DNA of 64,000 nt, from NCBI GenBank assembly GCA_000092065.1, contig CP000583.1; one strand, written 5' to 3'. This DNA is from Ostreococcus lucimarinus (lineage: Eukaryota). The notes under the pieces are model-generated. The model was not told the origin of the DNA. It did no database searches and worked only from the letters and a program-made list of their open reading frames with translations. The position numbers and the translations under genes were made by a program. This document shows positions 54,940 to 64,000 of the stretch, piece after piece. Numbering within the stretch: the stretch's first letter is position 1; every line of letters begins with the position of its first letter.

Positions 54940-56790
54940 CTAAATTTCGACGCACACGGCGGCGGTGCGACGCCGGACGTAGGACATGGACGCGAGCTCT
55001 TCCCACGCGCGCTCGCGAATGTGATAGGCGAACGCGCGACCGGTCCATCGACCGTCGACGATGCCTCCGATGGCGTATAACACACCGTCGTGCGCGCACG
55101 CGGTGAAACCGAACCATTGTTTGAGCGGGAGCGCGCCGAGATCTTCGTACCTATCGCTGGCGGTGTCGTAGCGATAAAAACCGCCCGAGGACGCGACGGA
55201 TTTCGCGCGTTTGGTGGCGTCGCTCGTGCCCCAGGCGAAGACGAAGCAATCCGATCCCTCGGCGCACGCCGTGGCGCACGCGGGCGATGGTAACGGCGCG
55301 ATCGGGGTCCAACTGTCCGTGACTGGGTCGTAGCGCTCGGCGAGATCGGTTTCGATGCCTTTGCGAAGCATGCCGCCGAAGACGAAGACGTTGGCATCCG
55401 TGGCGCAGACGCCGTGCAAACGCCTCGCGTGCGAAATTTCAGCGCCCGCGCGCCAGGTTTTCGTCGCACAATCGTACACATCGTTCGTCGCCAACGCCTC
55501 GCTCCCGTTGAACCACCCGCCAACGGTGTAAATCTTTCCGTCTTTCGTCGCCGCCGAGCCCATGGCGTGTCGAGGTCGAACGACGTCTTCGACGAGCGTC
55601 CAAGCCGCGTCGTTCGCCGCGTCCAAGGTTTCCATGGACGACAGATTCGACTTTATGCCACCGCCAGAGACGACGTAAATCGTCGAATTCACCGCACACG
55701 CGCCGTGCGACCCGCGCGGCTCGACGAGCGTCGGCGCGCGCTCCCATCTATTTTTCAGCACGTCGTATCGCTCGACGACGCCCACCGTTAAGCCGCGATT
55801 TCTTCCGCCCAACACGTACACGTACGGCTGCGTCGTCGTCGCTCGCGCACGCTTCAAGCGTTCGCGATAATCCTCGTGCGTCGTCTTCACGCGCGTGTCC
55901 TTGACGCTCGGCTTCAAACGCACCCGAGTTTCGCGCTCGTGCTCGGCGAGTCGTTCGCAATCGTACGCGCGATGCCCGTCTTCGCCGCAATACGCGCACT
56001 CGTCGTGATTCAGCGCGCACGCGCCGCCGCCTCGCGCCACCGCCTCGCACCCCCCTCGCGCGTAGTTGTGAAACTTACACACCCCCTCGCGCGCTTCGAA
56101 ATCATTCGGCCACGCGTTTCCGAAGAGCGCCTCCGCCGACGCTTCGTCCTCTACCCCGCGCGTCTCCTCTCGCGTCACCATCTCTCGCAAGATCGCCCCG
56201 TCCCGCGTCGTTCCGTCTTCATCGACGTCCCCACCTTTTTCTCGCGCGTACGCGCACGCCAACGGCGACCGCACGAACACGATTCGTTCGCCGTCCGCGC
56301 GTTCCATCGCCGCCGCGACTCGCGCCGTCGCCTCCGCGCCGTCCTCCCCATCCTCCACGTCCACCACGCACGCGTCCGCGCGCCGCGCGCGCGCGATCGT
56401 CGCTCGCATCGCGCGCGTCGCGTCCAACCTCCGCGCGCGCGCGTCCGTCCCCGCGCCGTCGCGCTCGAGCTCAAGCGCCAACCGTCGCGCGTCTCGCGTC
56501 GTCGCCGTCGCCGCGTCGCGCGTCTTCGCGAGCTTCCCGATCGCGCGCGTCGCGTCGAGCGCCGCGGAAGCGCTCGACGCGACGACGAAGGCGCGCGCCC
56601 GTCGCGGCGCGCGCGCGTCGGCGTCGTCGCGGCGCGCGCGCGCGACGGCGCGCGCGAGCGCCGCGCGCGTCGGACACCAGACGAAACGGACGCGCGCGTC
56701 GGCGTCGTCGCGCGCCGACGCGGCGTCGTCGCGGCGCGGCGCGACGGACGCGGCGTCGGCGTCGGCGCGCGCGTCGGCGTCGCGCGGCAT
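54940..56790 (-). CDS. Kelch-repeat (beta-propeller) protein preceded by a Cys/His zinc-finger-like region; N-terminal Arg/Asp-rich low-complexity segment
   Basis: The Cys/His cluster is CKFHNYARGGCEAVARGGGACALNHDECAYCGEDGHRAYDC. Six Kelch-type blades follow (YVYVLGG, IYVVSGG, IYTVGGW, VFVFGGM, CFVFAWG, LYAIGG). The start codon is uncertain. Confidence 0.65.
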   Translation of the reverse strand: MPRDADARADADAASVAPRRDDAASARDDADARVRFVWCPTRAALARAVARARRDDADARAPRRARAFVVASSASAALDATRAIGKLAKTRDAATATTRDARRLALELERDGAGTDARARRLDATRAMRATIARARRADACVVDVEDGEDGAEATARVAAAMERADGERIVFVRSPLACAYAREKGGDVDEDGTTRDGAILREMVTREETRGVEDEASAEALFGNAWPNDFEAREGVCKFHNYARGGCEAVARGGGACALNHDECAYCGEDGHRAYDCERLAEHERETRVRLKPSVKDTRVKTTHEDYRERLKRARATTTQPYVYVLGGRNRGLTVGVVERYDVLKNRWERAPTLVEPRGSHGACAVNSTIYVVSGGGIKSNLSSMETLDAANDAAWTLVEDVVRPRHAMGSAATKDGKIYTVGGWFNGSEALATNDVYDCATKTWRAGAEISHARRLHGVCATDANVFVFGGMLRKGIETDLAERYDPVTDSWTPIAPLPSPACATACAEGSDCFVFAWGTSDATKRAKSVASSGGFYRYDTASDRYEDLGALPLKQWFGFTACAHDGVLYAIGGIVDGRWTGRAFAYHIRERAWEELASMSYVRRRTAAVCVEI

Positions 56791-56852
56791 CGCGCGCGCG
56801 GCGCGCGAGGACGCGACGTCGCTCGCGTCACTCTCTGACGCGACATCGATCG
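56791..56852. promoter_or_regulatory. 62-bp bidirectional promoter region between the Kelch gene (-) and the PP2C gene (+)
   Basis: The start codons are opposed at 56790 (-) and 56853 (+). Confidence 0.35.
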
Positions 56853-58148
56853 ATGGATGCGATGCGCGCCGTCGCGGCGCCGCGCGCGAGCGCCGCGAGA
56901 CCCGCGCGCGCGGCGCGCGACGCGCCGACGCGCCGACGCGTCGTCGCCGGCGCGTCGCGGTACGCGCTGTGCGCGCACGGGGAGAATCTGCCGCATCCGG
57001 ACAAGACGGCGAAGGGCGGCGAAGACGCGTGGTTCGCGCGCGTCTCGGCGGCGAACGGCGGCGGCGCGCTCGGCGTCGCGGACGGCGTCGGTGGGTTCAA
57101 CGATCAGGGCGTCGATCCGGGGCTGTACGCGCGCGTGCTGAGCTACGAGGGACTGCGGGCGTGCGACGGCGGCGACGGCGGATTCTTCGGGTCGAGCGCG
57201 AAGATCGACCCGAGGGCGATCGCGATCGAGGCGCAGGCGAAAACGATGCTGCCGGGCGCGGCGACGATGTGCGTGGTGGCGCTGGATGGGAAAAAGCTGA
57301 CGTGCGCGAACGTGGGGGACTCTGGGTTCCGAGTGGTGCGACGCGGGGGGGTGACGTACGGGTCGACGGCGGGGCAGCATTATTTTAATTGCCCGTATCA
57401 GTTGGCGTACGAGGCGCTGGCGAAGGATTGCGACAGCGCGAGAGACGCGGATGTGTACAGTTTCGACGTCGAGGCTGGGGACGTGGTCGTGGCGGGGAGC
57501 GACGGGTTGTTTGATAACGTGTTCGACGAGGAAATCGCGAGCGTGGTAAACGCGGCGTACGCGAGCGCCGGGGACGCGGCGTCGGCGGCGGAATCGGCGG
57601 CGAAGGCGCTAGTGAAGGTGGCGAGAAAGCACGCGGAGGATAAAAAGTACGACTCGCCGTACGCGCGCGAAATGGCGAAGAGCGAAACCGACAAGGGCGG
57701 CGCGCCGAAAGCCGTGGGATTGTTTGGGGGATTTCAGCAAATGCTCGGCGGTGGCAACTTGGGCGGGAAGATGGACGATATCACCGTCGTTGTTGCCACC
57801 GTCGTCGACACGGCGTCGTCGCAGCGCGAGCTCGCGCGATCCGAAGCTGTGTGCGACGCCAACACCAAGGCGCTGACCAAGGCGCGCGGTTTGGCGTCAA
57901 TCGAAGAGACCAAAGTCGCTCGTACGGTGGCGCTCCGTAAGGAAATGGACGACGCGTTCAACGAAAAAGTCGCCGAAGTAAACAAGAGAGAGAAAGCCGT
58001 GGCGAACGCCAAGTCGGAATTCACTCGCGCGCAAATCGATTCGATGGACGCGCCCACGGTGCGCAAGCTCTTACAAGAGCGCGGACTTCCCACGAGCGGC
58101 AAGATCGATCGATTACGCGATCGCTTAGCCGAAGTTAAGGCGCTTTAA
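56853..58148 (+). CDS. PP2C-type (PPTC7/SpoIIE-like) protein phosphatase fused to a C-terminal coiled coil and SAP DNA-binding motif
   Basis: The PP2C signatures are GEDAWF...GVADGVGG, ...MCVVALDGKKLTCANVGDSGFRVVRRG..., ...VAGSDGLFDNV... and ...KMDDITVVVA. The C-terminus ...PTVRKLLQERGLPTSGKIDRLRDRLAEV matches the SAP motif (L..L..RGL...G.K..L..RL). Confidence 0.75.
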   Translation: MDAMRAVAAPRASAARPARAARDAPTRRRVVAGASRYALCAHGENLPHPDKTAKGGEDAWFARVSAANGGGALGVADGVGGFNDQGVDPGLYARVLSYEGLRACDGGDGGFFGSSAKIDPRAIAIEAQAKTMLPGAATMCVVALDGKKLTCANVGDSGFRVVRRGGVTYGSTAGQHYFNCPYQLAYEALAKDCDSARDADVYSFDVEAGDVVVAGSDGLFDNVFDEEIASVVNAAYASAGDAASAAESAAKALVKVARKHAEDKKYDSPYAREMAKSETDKGGAPKAVGLFGGFQQMLGGGNLGGKMDDITVVVATVVDTASSQRELARSEAVCDANTKALTKARGLASIEETKVARTVALRKEMDDAFNEKVAEVNKREKAVANAKSEFTRAQIDSMDAPTVRKLLQERGLPTSGKIDRLRDRLAEVKAL

Positions 58149-58172
58149 TGAATTATTACCTGCATATTCATT

Positions 58173-59275
58173 TTAAATTACAGTGATCGACCCGCCGTTG
58201 AGTGCGATCTGCTCGAGGAAAATGAGCGAAACGGCGACTGCGTACGTTCCGCTCACCGCGCCCAGAGGTTCGTAGTCGTAGTCCACGTAGTCGCTCGCTC
58301 GCGCCTCACCGCCGGCGTCTTCGTATTCGTCGTAGTCTGCCGCCCCGTTTGTGGACGTGTTCTTGCCGAGGCTTGTGAAATGCGTCGCTCGAGCGGTGTC
58401 CACGCCTCGAGGACCTTCGACAGCGGTGTCGTTCGACAACGGACGGATCCATCGCTTGACGCGCTCGGTTAACGTCATGTTGGCGTCGTCTCCACCACCC
58501 TGCGCGGAAACCTCGCCGTTGGCATCGGCCTCGCGAGACGCGATATCACTCTCGACGATGGAATTGACTTCGTTCACGATGCTCGTGACCGCATCGATGA
58601 TTTTCGTCGCGTCGTCGATGGCGTTGGCCACGGCGATGCCTTTTGAAATACTTCCGGCGATGGCCACCGCGGGATCGATTGCCGATGCGAAATCGATAGC
58701 GGCGTCGTAGCCGTGAAATACGATTTGGTTTGAAATCGTGTTCTCCGCCGCCGCTTCGTAGGTCGTGATCCCGACGCCTGGCGTCGCGACGCCGACCAAA
58801 GCCACCGTGATGTCCAAACTGATACGAATTTGGGGATCGACGACGTATTCTTCGAGTAAAGCGATGAATCGGTCGCGAATAGCGAGTGGTAGCGTCGCGG
58901 GAAAAGACTCGAACCAATTCGTCGTGAAAAGCTCAACGTCGTCGTACGTGACGTCCACGATTTCAGATAGATGACGTCTTTCGATCGATTCCGTCGACGT
59001 ACCGTTTCTTCGCTGAAGTGCGCGTTTTGCCGCAGCGCGCAAGTCGACTGGATGTTGAACTTGCGTTATGACCTCCGCACCTTCCGGGAGTTTTCGCGCC
59101 CTGGCTTCAGAAGCGCTTAATAATCGCCGTCGGCGTCTATTGGGCGCGCCTTCGATGGATTCCGCCGCATACTCGTACTCGTACTCGTATTCAGTGTCCT
59201 TGGGTTGTAATGCCTGTTGGATCGCCATCGCGGCTAATCCACTGACCTCGAAGCCAAATCCATAGAATTGTTCGA
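58173..59275 (-). CDS. Secreted/possibly membrane-anchored protein of unknown function, exon 2
   Basis: It continues the reading frame of exon 1 after a 55-nt intron (...AFG|VEQFYGFGFEVSG...). It contains an (EY)3 repeat, a basic RRRRR, and a C-terminal hydrophobic segment AVSGTYAVAVSLIFLEQIALNGGSITVI (a possible TM or GPI signal). Confidence 0.5.
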
Positions 59276-59330
59276 CTAGTTCGCACACACCGTCAGTCGT
59301 CGAAATCGCATCGTCGCATCGCATACTCAC
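59276..59330 (-). other. Short intron (55 nt, GTGAGT...CTGAC...AG) of the secreted-protein gene
   Basis: ORFs 59293..59949 and 58173..59435 overlap in different frames. A GGCG|GTGAGTATGCG donor and an ACTAG| acceptor join them in frame, with a CTGAC motif 20 nt upstream of the acceptor. Confidence 0.5.
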
Positions 59331-59841
59331 CGCCGAACGCGCCGCCCGCAAAGAATTCGCTGAACACGGTGTTATCGAGCGTCGAAGATCCATCGATGAC
59401 CCACTCTTGCGCGAGTACGGTGTCCGTGGTGACACCAGAGCTGAAATCCTGAATCACCCCCGACGCGAAGCTCGCGAACACGTTGGTGAATTTGGTGAAA
59501 CCCAGATCAGTCGTCAAGATCATTTGCAGAAATTCCTCCACCATTCCACCGTTATTGTTCACCGAGTTGCGAAGAATGAGCAGTGCGACGCGTAAGAAGG
59601 TCGTTGGCTGAATGATAGCGTTAAGAATCACTCCTGCGGGACCGACAGGGGCGGTCAAGAGTTTCCTCGATGAAGCGGCTGTCCCTGAGGCGACGGATGA
59701 AGCGGCTGTCCCCGAGGCGACGGTGTCGCCAACCGCGGTGTCGCCAACCGCGGAAGCGCGAGGAATATAAATCGTCGTCGTCGCAATAACGAGCGCACAC
59801 GCGCACGCCACGGCCAACACGAATTTTAGAGTACGATTCAT
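59331..59841 (-). CDS. Secreted-protein gene, exon 1 (signal peptide MNRTLKFVLAVACACALVIATTTIYIPRASA; alternative ATG at 59856)
   Basis: A hydrophobic h-region follows a short charged n-region. A Thr/Ala/Ser/Gly-rich stretch follows, with the direct repeat ASGTAASSVASGTAASS. Confidence 0.5.
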
Positions 59842-60015
59842 GTTATTTCTTCGCATGCGTGCGCCGAGATTCGCGCGCGCGCGTGAAAGTGTCCGCGAGC
59901 ACGCGCTTCGCCTCGATGTCGTCGCCGTTCTCGATTGTGCCAAAGACATGTTGTTACAGCGTTTTCCTTCGTATCAAATCATTCAAAGTCTTGCTCACGC
60001 GTGTTCCCGCGCTCA

Positions 60016-61233
60016 TCACGCGACCACCATTTTGTCGCGCTGCTTTGCAACCTCTTCGGTGGACATTCCCATTTGCGCAATGACTGCAAGGACGTCCGCG
60101 AGCGCGATGACGCCTGTCGGCACGCCGGCGTCGTCGACGACCCACACTCTATGCACCGCGTTCACGTCCATTTTCGTCAAAACGTCCGTGAGTGTATCCG
60201 ATGGCCTGCACGAGACCACCAATCTCTCGCGATGCCGCATCAACGCGGCGGCAAACGCGCTGGTGTTTGGGTTGTACAGCCCACCCGATTGTTGCGCGGG
60301 CGTGGACACCGACAGTTTGTGCGCGTGCAGAAGGAACTCCGCGACGGGTAGAGCCAACGCGGCAAACGAAGCGCCTCCTCGTAAATGCGTCAAATCAGAC
60401 TCACTCAATGTCCCAATCAGCGTCCGCGTGGCTTCGTCTACGATTGGCACCGCCCCGACGCGGTGACGCTCCATTTCGCGAAACGCCTCGATCGTCGGTG
60501 TCGACGCGCCGACGAAGGCGATCCCCGGCGTGCTCGCCAACCCAAGCTCATTCACGGTGGCTTCAGTAAACAGTGGCGTGAGAATGTCGCGATTGGTGTG
60601 CAAGTACATCACGATGTCCGATTGCGAAACGATGTGTTCAATCGCGTTGTCTGAATTCATGACGGCGAAGCGATGCGGAAGCGCGCGCAAACGAACATCA
60701 CCCGGCTTTTCGCTCGGCGAGATATACAGGCATCGCTCCAAACACTCGGCCAGAGATTGTGTCGCCGTAGCGCTCTTCCATATCACAGTCCCATCCCACT
60801 TCGTTCTCGCTTGCTTCAGCGGCAGACTTTCGATCTCGAGTCCGATCGTCGCCATTCGTCCCATGAGACCGAGAACGTCGTCGTCCCGCGCGTTCAATTC
60901 GGCTTTGTCGCACGCCTCGATCAGCGTCGTCACGAGATCACCGTTCGATAGAAAGCACAGCGCGTCGTATGCACCGACATCTCGACTCGCACCAGACTTG
61001 TACCGCACTAACGGCATCGAAGAGACGCGGAACCGGTTCATACTGCTCAACGCTTCCTGAAACGAAGAGTCGCTAGACAAAACCAGCGTACATTTGCCGC
61101 GAAGCGATTCAGGTTGGTCACCGCACGTCTTTCCCGCGAGTGCATGTCTCTCAGTGAGATACTTTGCCAAGTTGGTGCGGCTAAGCACGCTGAGAGGTGT
61201 TTCTTTCATCGCCTTCGTGTCGGTGGATGCCAT
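60016..61233 (-). CDS. CBS-domain protein (two Bateman CBS pairs; SNF4/AMPK-gamma-like)
   Basis: There are four CBS-like units (...DLVTTLIEACDKAE..., ...IVSQSDIVMYL..., ...GTLSESDLTHL..., ...GVIALADVLAVIAQ). Confidence 0.7.
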   Translation of the reverse strand: MASTDTKAMKETPLSVLSRTNLAKYLTERHALAGKTCGDQPESLRGKCTLVLSSDSSFQEALSSMNRFRVSSMPLVRYKSGASRDVGAYDALCFLSNGDLVTTLIEACDKAELNARDDDVLGLMGRMATIGLEIESLPLKQARTKWDGTVIWKSATATQSLAECLERCLYISPSEKPGDVRLRALPHRFAVMNSDNAIEHIVSQSDIVMYLHTNRDILTPLFTEATVNELGLASTPGIAFVGASTPTIEAFREMERHRVGAVPIVDEATRTLIGTLSESDLTHLRGGASFAALALPVAEFLLHAHKLSVSTPAQQSGGLYNPNTSAFAAALMRHRERLVVSCRPSDTLTDVLTKMDVNAVHRVWVVDDAGVPTGVIALADVLAVIAQMGMSTEEVAKQRDKMVVA

Positions 61234-61258
61234 CCAGAGTCGCGTTGTGCTGACGAGG

Positions 61259-63133
61259 CTACGACGCGGATTGGGAAAACTCGCCGGCGCGAACGCGATC
61301 GCGCTTGACCCTCGCCAACATCTGTTCGATTTTGGATTGAGCTTTAAGCAGACGCTGCGGCGTGCCTAAACCATCCTGTGCGAGCGCTAAGTCGTTCACC
61401 ATGGATTTCAACTCGGCGCGTAAGTTCGACGCGCTGGCGGATCGCGACGCCGAGGCGGAAATCCCGCTCGAGTCTTCGTCGCCGGTGAGGATGAACGATC
61501 GAAGCGAGGCTTCATCGTCGTCTTGCAACGATCCGAACTCGTCGTCATCGCCGTCATCGACAAGAATAGACTCACTGTCGTCCGTGAACGCGAAACTCCT
61601 TCGATTCACCGTCGACGGCGGCGGACGCAAATCTGGAGAATTGTCAAAGGAGTCGTCGATACCGCGGTGGCTTTGCTCGTCGTGGCGAGTGGCCGCGCGC
61701 ACGAGCCGCACGTTTGACCAATGCGATGGCTTTCGCGACGATGTCGTCTCCGGCGTTTTCGATTTGGATGTCGACCCAAATACTTCTCTTGGCGAATGGA
61801 AATCATCGTCTTCGTCGGCGGAGGACGCGCCGGCGTTTGCGTCGTCGGCGTCGTCGCTCACGGCGTCTCGAGTGGGACGCGATTTCGTTGCCGATCGAAT
61901 CGGTGAAATCATGCGCAGCGCGTCCATGGAAATATCATAATTCGTGGATCGAACGCGACCACTGGGCGAGGGTCTGCCGATGTCGTCGCCGTCGTCGCCA
62001 TCGCTTTCTGAACTCACGTCGCGCGATAACCAATGCTCGGTGCGATCGAGCGGCGGGTCCTCTGGATACAGTCGCGCGCCTTCGACCATGAACGACGCGT
62101 CAACGTCGTCTTCACTATCTAAACTACTGGTCGTGTCATCACCGTTTTCGCGACGCGCGTTGACTGGAACGAACGAAGATACCGAAAACATCGAGCAGCT
62201 TTGCTCGTCGCCCGCAGAGGAGCGCCGCCGAGCGTCAAATCCGCCACCAAGCATAGAATCCGTTGGTGCGCAAACGCTATGCAAATACTCCCCAAGGACC
62301 CACGGCGGCGCTTGTTCTTTCAGCATCGACAGCAAAGGTTCGCTCAACTCGCCCGCGTCGTTTCGAAACAACCGGCTCGCGGCGAGAGCCCACGACGAGC
62401 CGAGCGCCGCGGCGCCGTCGCACGTCCGCAACGAAGGCGCGCAAAATTTCGCTACCGCCCGCGCGTCGTATCCATAATGATGCGCGCGCGCATCGATTGG
62501 ATTACCCCTAAATCTCAAATTCGCTAACCGAGGAAAGTACCTCAAAAATCGAAGCTCTTGCACGTCGGCGAAGTCGTTGCCGCCGACGTCCAAATCCGTA
62601 ATCGTGGCCGGCGTCAACCGCTCGATCCCCTCCAACGACGCGATCGCATTCTCCCTATAAACCACCACTCGCAACCCGACGCACGACGAGCAATCCACCA
62701 TCGCCATCAAGCAATTATCCGACAGATCCAGCATGCGCAGCGCGGGAAATCCATCCACGCGCGCGTCCGCGAACGCGTTCGACTTGAGCGAAAGCGTCCG
62801 CAGCCGCGTCATCGCCCTCCCCAGCCCCTTCACGCTCGAGATCGCGTTCCCATCCGCGACGACCACTCGCAGCGTCGACCCACACGCCCGTAATTCGTCC
62901 AGCGTCGTCAACCGATTCTCCGACACGTCTATCGCGCGCAATCGCTCGCAACTCTCGACGCCCTTGAGCGTCGTTAAACCGTTCGCTCGCAAATCCAACC
63001 GCGTCAACGACGCCCACGACGCCTCCGCGCGCGCCGCGCCGATCGATGTCGTCGCCAACCATCGCGCGCGATCGCCAGACGCCTCCGCGCGCGCGTCGTC
63101 GTCGTCGTCGTCGCTGAAAACGCTTCGGGACAT
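61259..63133 (-). CDS. Leucine-rich-repeat protein (SDS22-like LRRs) with a long acidic/Ser-rich disordered region and a C-terminal coiled coil
   Basis: LTRLDLRANGLTTLKGVESCERLRAIDVSENRLTTLDELRACGSTLRVVVADGNAISSVKGL... has ~10 LRRs of the LxxLxLxxNxIxxIxxL type. Alternative in-frame starts are at 63187 and 63247; 63133 was chosen to avoid overlapping the divergent Cx9C gene. Confidence 0.65.
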   Translation of the reverse strand: MSRSVFSDDDDDDARAEASGDRARWLATTSIGAARAEASWASLTRLDLRANGLTTLKGVESCERLRAIDVSENRLTTLDELRACGSTLRVVVADGNAISSVKGLGRAMTRLRTLSLKSNAFADARVDGFPALRMLDLSDNCLMAMVDCSSCVGLRVVVYRENAIASLEGIERLTPATITDLDVGGNDFADVQELRFLRYFPRLANLRFRGNPIDARAHHYGYDARAVAKFCAPSLRTCDGAAALGSSWALAASRLFRNDAGELSEPLLSMLKEQAPPWVLGEYLHSVCAPTDSMLGGGFDARRRSSAGDEQSCSMFSVSSFVPVNARRENGDDTTSSLDSEDDVDASFMVEGARLYPEDPPLDRTEHWLSRDVSSESDGDDGDDIGRPSPSGRVRSTNYDISMDALRMISPIRSATKSRPTRDAVSDDADDANAGASSADEDDDFHSPREVFGSTSKSKTPETTSSRKPSHWSNVRLVRAATRHDEQSHRGIDDSFDNSPDLRPPPSTVNRRSFAFTDDSESILVDDGDDDEFGSLQDDDEASLRSFILTGDEDSSGISASASRSASASNLRAELKSMVNDLALAQDGLGTPQRLLKAQSKIEQMLARVKRDRVRAGEFSQSAS

Positions 63134-63164
63134 CGCGCTTCGGGACAACACAGCGCGACGCCGA

Positions 63165-63383
63165 ATGTCGAAGAGCTGCTCTGGCATGCTCGCCGAGTTC
63201 CTCGATTGCGTCGAGTCGTCGGCGTGCGTCAAAAAGCACGGACACACGCTGAAGCAGTGCGCGTCGCCGACGTGGACAGAGCACGCGCCGAGCGAGTGCG
63301 AGGTGAAGCGTTCGAATTACTTTGCCTGTCGAAAGGGACAACTCGACATGCGCGCGCGATTGCGCGGGAATAAGGGATATTGA
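63165..63383 (+). CDS. Small CHCH-fold protein with twin Cx9C motifs (Cmc/COX-assembly-like mitochondrial IMS protein)
   Basis: MSKSCSGMLAEFLDCVESSACVKKHGHTLKQCASPTWTEHAPSECEVKRSNYFACRKGQLDMRARLRGNKGY. C5-x9-C15 and C45-x9-C55 form the twin Cx9C, with an extra C21-x10-C32 pair. It is the 3' part of ORF 62733..63383; the upstream part is antisense to the LRR gene. Confidence 0.45.
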   Translation: MSKSCSGMLAEFLDCVESSACVKKHGHTLKQCASPTWTEHAPSECEVKRSNYFACRKGQLDMRARLRGNKGY

Positions 63384-64000
63384 AACGCGCGCGCCGGAAA
63401 GAGAACGGTGATGGAGGCGCGACGCGCGATGGCGCGCGCGCGACGCGCGTCGGGATGGCGCGGTGGTGGAAGCGCTCGAGCGTCGAGACGACGCCGAAAC
63501 GCGAAAGCGCGCCGCGCGGCGAATCGCGACGACGCGGTGACGTACGAGTGCGTGGATGGTGAGACGTATTGCGATGGACGTCACGCGCGCGCGCTCGGGC
63601 GCGCGTGCGCGGCGCTTCGAACGAGGTGTTTTTATGAGTTTGAGCGCGAGGAGACTTTTACGTACGATTTTTCGTACGACGAGGACGACGATTCGGCGGC
63701 GTACCTCAGAGCGCGGTTACGATGGTGGGAGGATCGAATCGCGAGCGAGACGTTGCGAGAACCGATGATGCGTCAGGCTGGCGTGCGCTCGCTGCGTACG
63801 TTCGCAGTGTTGGCGAGAACGGACGCCTCCGGTCGACGAGCGGGATTCGAAGAGAGTTCGACGACGGGCGAGACGCCAGCAGACGCAGAGGCTTTGCGTC
63901 GCTGGAGTATTGTGCACGAAGGTGCCGATGCAAACGCAGACACTAGCGTTGCGGAATCGCATCTCGCCGTCGTGGGTACGCTTGACGTGCATCTGGGGGC

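Noticed and set aside
63380-64000. Short Arg-rich ORFs (63380..63562, 63556..63768, 63722..63946) at the window end
   Set aside because: There is no recognisable domain, signal or conserved motif. They cannot be distinguished from GC-driven spurious ORFs or a UTR. They were left unannotated.
1-64000. Prokaryotic interpretation (operons, RBS) suggested by bacterial-type enzymes (SelU, RlmN, CobW, PepF, MutS)
   Set aside because: The same contig carries spliceosomal introns with GT..AG boundaries, LHC, COP1, TAP46, UBA3 and VPS13, plus N-terminal transit peptides. The bacterial-type enzymes are the usual organelle-targeted nuclear genes of a eukaryote.

Overview
This 64-kb window looks like a nuclear genomic segment from a very GC-rich, extremely gene-dense green-lineage eukaryote. 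The basis for that is the gene content: an LHC chlorophyll a/b protein, COP1, a plant-type MSH1 with a GIY-YIG tail, TAP46, a GT77 glycosyltransferase and a Rubisco-LSMT-like SET protein. Composition and compactness resemble Mamiellophyceae picoalgae (Micromonas/Ostreococcus-like), but that is inference only; no database search was possible. I support about 36 protein-coding genes on both strands, roughly one per 1.8 kb. They include a 12.7-kb single-exon VPS13. Genes sit head-to-head with 10-170 bp between start codons and tail-to-tail with 30-100 bp between stop codons. Nearly all are intron-less. I could place four short introns from protein-homology breaks, in LHC, UBA3, an MMADHC-like gene and a secreted protein. 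No rRNA, tRNA, CRISPR array or transposon was recognised. The main observations are: (1) a selenoprotein T gene with an in-frame UGA-Sec that the ORF track splits into two ORFs, together with a bacterial-type tRNA 2-selenouridine synthase (SelU/MnmH) 4.7 kb away, indicating selenium use in both proteins and tRNA; (2) a signal-peptide/TM protein with four tandem SUEL/rhamnose-binding lectin domains; (3) an MMADHC (CblD)-like B12-trafficking gene head-to-head with plant-type MSH1; (4) a sharp drop to about 50% GC across the VPS13 gene against 65-80% GC flanks; (5) an ACGT-element cluster just upstream of COP1. Many long antisense ORFs in the track are artefacts of stop-codon depletion in GC-rich DNA.
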